Assembly: GCA_047967505.1 (NCBI GenBank)
Contig: CM106538.1
Origin: Dipteris shenzhenensis
Lineage: Eukaryota
Direction: 5' to 3' (one strand)
DNA: 64,000 nt
Position numbers and translations under genes: made by a program
Shown here: in pieces, positions 60,300 through 64,000 of the stretch
Layout of the letters: each line of letters starts with the position of its first letter
Numbering within the stretch: the stretch's first letter is position 1
The notes under the pieces: model-generated
Told to the model about the DNA's origin: nothing
What the model saw: the letters and a program-made list of their open reading frames with translations, nothing else
The model's database searches: none

Positions 60300-60352
60300 A
60301 CCAAAGAGCACTGGGTATGTCAATGCGAGTTGAAAGAGCTACATTGAAGCAG
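60300..60352 (+). CDS. ZMAT2: Host gene exon D of ZMAT2
   Basis: CTGCAG|...|GTAATC. Encodes (H)QRALGMSMRVERATLKQ, in phase with exon C. Confidence 0.93.
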
Positions 60353-61383
60353 GTAATCTCGCATGTATAAAGGCATGTCTTGCACCTCAGGGCATTCCTT
60401 TTCTGTTTAAAAAAGAAGAAAAAGAGAAAATAAAAACCAACAACAATACAGACACCACACACGTACACTCACATACACATATGTTTGCTTATCAATTTTG
60501 GGTTTGTTGCATTATAACTGAAGAAGGGATTATATGAGCAGAGACCACCATACCTTCATATTTGACTAAGTACAGACATGTTTCGATTCACATCCTAACA
60601 CATAGCTGAGTCTTGATTAAACTTCTCTTGTATATTGTCTGATGTATTCTATACTGGCTGTAGCTAGCTAGATCAAAATCTCATGTTTCTACTTGTGTGA
60701 CTTATGCAAGCCACCAGTGGCAAACTAATATAGTGTCTTTTGAAATCACCCAAGACCAATGTTTCTAGTTTCATGACTTGTGCAAGCCACTGGTGGCGAA
60801 CTAATACAGTGACTTTGACAACTAGTGTCACAACATCACCCAAGACCAATGTTTCTACTTTCGTGACTTGTGCAATCTACCGGCGGGGAAAAACAAGGGG
60901 TAGATTGCACTAAGGGCCAGGGAAAAATGAGCATTATGAGGGAGCAAGGAAGAGATATGATGGGGGCAGCAGAAGGTCTTTGGACGAAGAAGGGGATGGG
61001 AGTGTGTTTCACCAAACTAAGCTATCATTATAAGCAGTGGGTCCCAAAATGTTGAAAGGCCATGTAGGGGTATTCTTTCGTTAAGCGTTTTCAATTACAC
61101 TGCCACTCAGGTGATCCTGCAGGAGGTCCCTCCTCTCTATAGCAAGCAAAATGCAATACTTCTTGGAAAGAATTGTTTACTGGATCACAATTCCACCATT
61201 GAACGCATCCACAACATATGAGTAACCTTCCACTTTCTTCTCTTTGTCTTCGGAACTCCTCTCTAGATCCCATTGATAGTAGTAGTGGATATTTCCAAGT
61301 ACCAAGCTTTGGTGCCAAATACTTACAATGTGAAAACTCATTTGGAATATACATTATTTTCTCAGCTTGTTTGCAGCGGCATG

Positions 61384-62215
61384 GAGAGAGAGAGAGAGAG
61401 AGAGAGAGATGATTACGTCCTCGGGAGGCCTCGTGGGCTTATGGGACAAAGTACACCAAGCGAAAATAACTTATACAAGATTTGATGGGCTGAAGCAAAG
61501 GGCACACTAGGGCCCTTGCTGGGTGCTATGCTAAGATAAAGAGCTCAAGAGCTCAAACAAAAAACTCAAAGCAAACGGAAAGCTGAGACTCAAAAGCCAA
61601 AACCGGCACCGTGGTAGCTCTCCGGTGGGCTGCGAGGATATCTTGGATCTGCGTCTGTCAAGCTGTCTCGCGCTGTGGCAGAGCATGTGGTCTCCTCGAT
61701 CTTTGGATCCAATGGGCTATGTCCAAGAGTCACGCCTCGTCTTTGGCGGTCCCCTCTAAGGAGCGCTGAGATAGGCCGGATCTCGATCGTGTGTGCTGTG
61801 GTCACTCTCCGTGTCGTGTGTGGTTTCTGCGTCCCTCGTTCAGTAGCGTCGTGTCAGCTGTCTTTGCTGATCCACATTGCCCTCATATCATCTGCTTGGT
61901 CTACCTCAATATTCTGTGGCGTGGTCACCTCCTGCTGCTCTTTGATCAATCGCAAGTGTCTCTCTCTGTAGTCGCATCTGAATCAGACCCAATGCAGACC
62001 TAGTCATGGAAGTGGATCAATCATGAGAGTGGACCAAATCCATGCCCCTCCTAAAAGAGGCAGTCGGATCTCATAGTAAGTGGGGTAGACACATAGAAAA
62101 TGCTCCTCTGTCTCGACCTCCCCCAACATGCATAACCTACAAATCCGCTGCTCTCTGAGTATACCTATAGCTCTCCCTTCATCAATTCTCAGCTGATGGG
62201 AGGAGACCCGCATCT
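61384..62215 (-). mobile_element. RTE-X-like LINE copy 3, 3' end only, with (CT)n tail
   Basis: RVSSHQLRIDEGRAIGILREQRICRLCMLGEVETEEHFLC is homologous to 53015-53160. It shares the 3' UTR and terminal stem-loop. Confidence 0.85.
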
Positions 62216-63684
62216 GTCAAGACACATGCAAGAGCATGTGTGAATGGTAAGAAGATCGGGCGCATCATGGGTGATCCATGCCTATTATAGTAGGCTTTGC
62301 CTTAGATACACATACAAAGGGGTTTAAGACTTGAAAGATCAAAGCATGGTGGTCATTCAAGGGACGTGCCCAATAATTCTCAGACTTACTCTCATACGTT
62401 TACAGCAAAGCGAGCTGATAACTTTTGACTCAAAATGCCCATAATATGCACAATGATCAATCCATCTTCTTCTAGAACTCCTTTAATCAAACCAGGTCGC
62501 TGGTTGCAACACCACTAGGGACTCCAAAAGAGCCAAGGGGAGATGAGAACAGTTCTAACTTCGAGCAGCAAATCTCTGATTCGATTGGCCTTCAATTGGA
62601 ACAGTTATGCGGCCACAAAGCTACCGCAAAAACTTAAGAATAGTGCCATAGATGTCCTCAATTCCTCAGATCCATGGTCAGATGTTCTCAAGTGAGCAGC
62701 AATGAGAGTTCCAAGCCCAGCACTTTGTCGCTTTGATCCATCAAGTCCGAGGTAACCCCAAAACCATTACCCGATTTCGGTGCATCAAGTTTTTGTTATC
62801 TAGCGACCTCTATGTTCTGCACTCAGAGAGACGTATAGGCAGAGGTGTGTACTGGTGGTACCTGGCAATCCGGTGCCCCAGGTCCAAACTCAATAAGTTT
62901 GAGCCCGTCTAACCAGAACAGCCATCATGGCTCTTGGAGTTGACCAAGTCCAGAGAGTACCATTCTTGGGTTGGACCTCCGTTAACTACTACAACGTGAG
63001 TAGACATTGAGGCCCTGACCCAACCATCATCATGGTATCTGAAAATGCAAGGAAAACTCTGAAAAGAAAATTTAAAGAAATTTATTAGAAGGATACTTGT
63101 GAAGGTGTGTGTTGGTAGGCAAAGTAGGATCTGCCATAATTGAAGCAGCCATTGCGATAGGTGATGAATAGAAGTGTAGACACATCCAATTCGAGGGGTC
63201 TATAGGATATTGGAGAGTTGAAATTCTCAAGGTTGTAGGCAGCCAATGTTGGGAGGGTGAGGTGGTCATGTAATAAGGACTAGTGTGGTCCTCTCTAACT
63301 CGTGTGATTTTTGCTTTAGCTCCAAACAGCTTTTCGACTATCACCTCGTTCTTACCAGCTGATAGATGATGGTAGTAACTACCAAGTGCTCCTGCCAGAA
63401 TACCCCAAGCACATTCATTTTTCGTCTCCCATAATTGTACCTTCTTCGTCAGTTTTAGACACGATGGATCACAAGCCTTTCTCCATGAAGTAGAGACAAA
63501 ATGCCCGACTTAAAGGTGGAAGTCGGACTATCACTGCTGCTCTCACGTATAGCCTCCATAACACTTGAATCTTGCTTCTGAAGTTTGTTTGATGCGAAGA
63601 TTGGTAATATGTCAAGCAGTCTTGAATGTTTTGTCATGTGCAAGCTGTGAAGGTACTGTTCTCAACATTGAAATGGGCTTACAG

Positions 63685-63745
63685 GTACAAGAGAGATTTG
63701 ATAATCTCAAAAGACGGAGAATCCCCACAGATTTTACAGAACAAG
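63685..63745 (+). CDS. ZMAT2: Host gene exon E of ZMAT2; 3' exons lie beyond the window
   Basis: TACAG|...|GTATGT. Encodes VQERFDNLKRRRIPTDFTEQ. Confidence 0.88.
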
Positions 63746-64000
63746 GTATGTGTGGCCAATCTAAGTGTGTACAACTCAAGCTGGGAGAACTTAATTTATG
63801 AAGGTCTTCATCTATGATAGAAAGCTGCAAAATCTGTTAAGAAAGAATTGTAAATATTTGACTTTTAATAAGTTCATGACTCCGTAGTAGACATCGTATT
63901 AGATAATTACTAGTTTTGTGTGCTGTCTTTCATGAACTGAAGATTTGTGAACCCAACAAACAAATGTAGAAGTAGACCTGTGAAAGACTTGTAGGTATAC

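Noticed and set aside
59780-60870. Short imperfect local duplications (~59780-59960 and ~60690-60870)
   Set aside because: Only two to three degenerate units in intron sequence, with no evidence of function.
62215-63560. Possible further Gypsy-type pol remnant
   Set aside because: Too decayed. I could not identify a convincing diagnostic motif.

Overview
Eukaryotic (land-plant) genomic DNA. A large-genome, probably seed-free plant such as a fern is inferred from intron size and TE types, not shown. The whole window lies inside one + strand host gene, a ZMAT2/Snu23 spliceosomal zinc-finger gene. Its five small exons here (4598-4680, 15458-15490, 60109-60187, 60300-60352, 63685-63745) are separated by introns of up to 44.6 kb. 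These introns are filled with nested, mostly decayed retroelements: Copia, a chromovirus Gypsy, a gag-only TR-GAG-like element, a solo LTR, an L1 and three RTE-X-like LINEs. The standout is an apparently intact 12.5-kb Mutator-like DNA transposon (18615-31125; 9-bp TSD TACCTTATG; short degenerate TIRs) inserted in a dead Copia gag. It carries two divergent, intron-containing, open genes. One is a 3-exon DDE/SWIM transposase (~1036 aa). The other is a 10-exon cargo gene (~1029 aa) that fuses a ParB/Srx-like domain to a beta-class (N4C/N6A-type) amino-methyltransferase-like domain. Between the genes sit about 20 copies of a 24-bp palindrome (ACTAGTTTCGC-CA-GCGAAACTAGT) that resembles parS and is built into long perfect hairpins. 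This is a candidate transposon-encoded, site-loaded DNA-marking or anti-silencing system. Domain calls come from motif recognition by eye and need HMM or structure confirmation.
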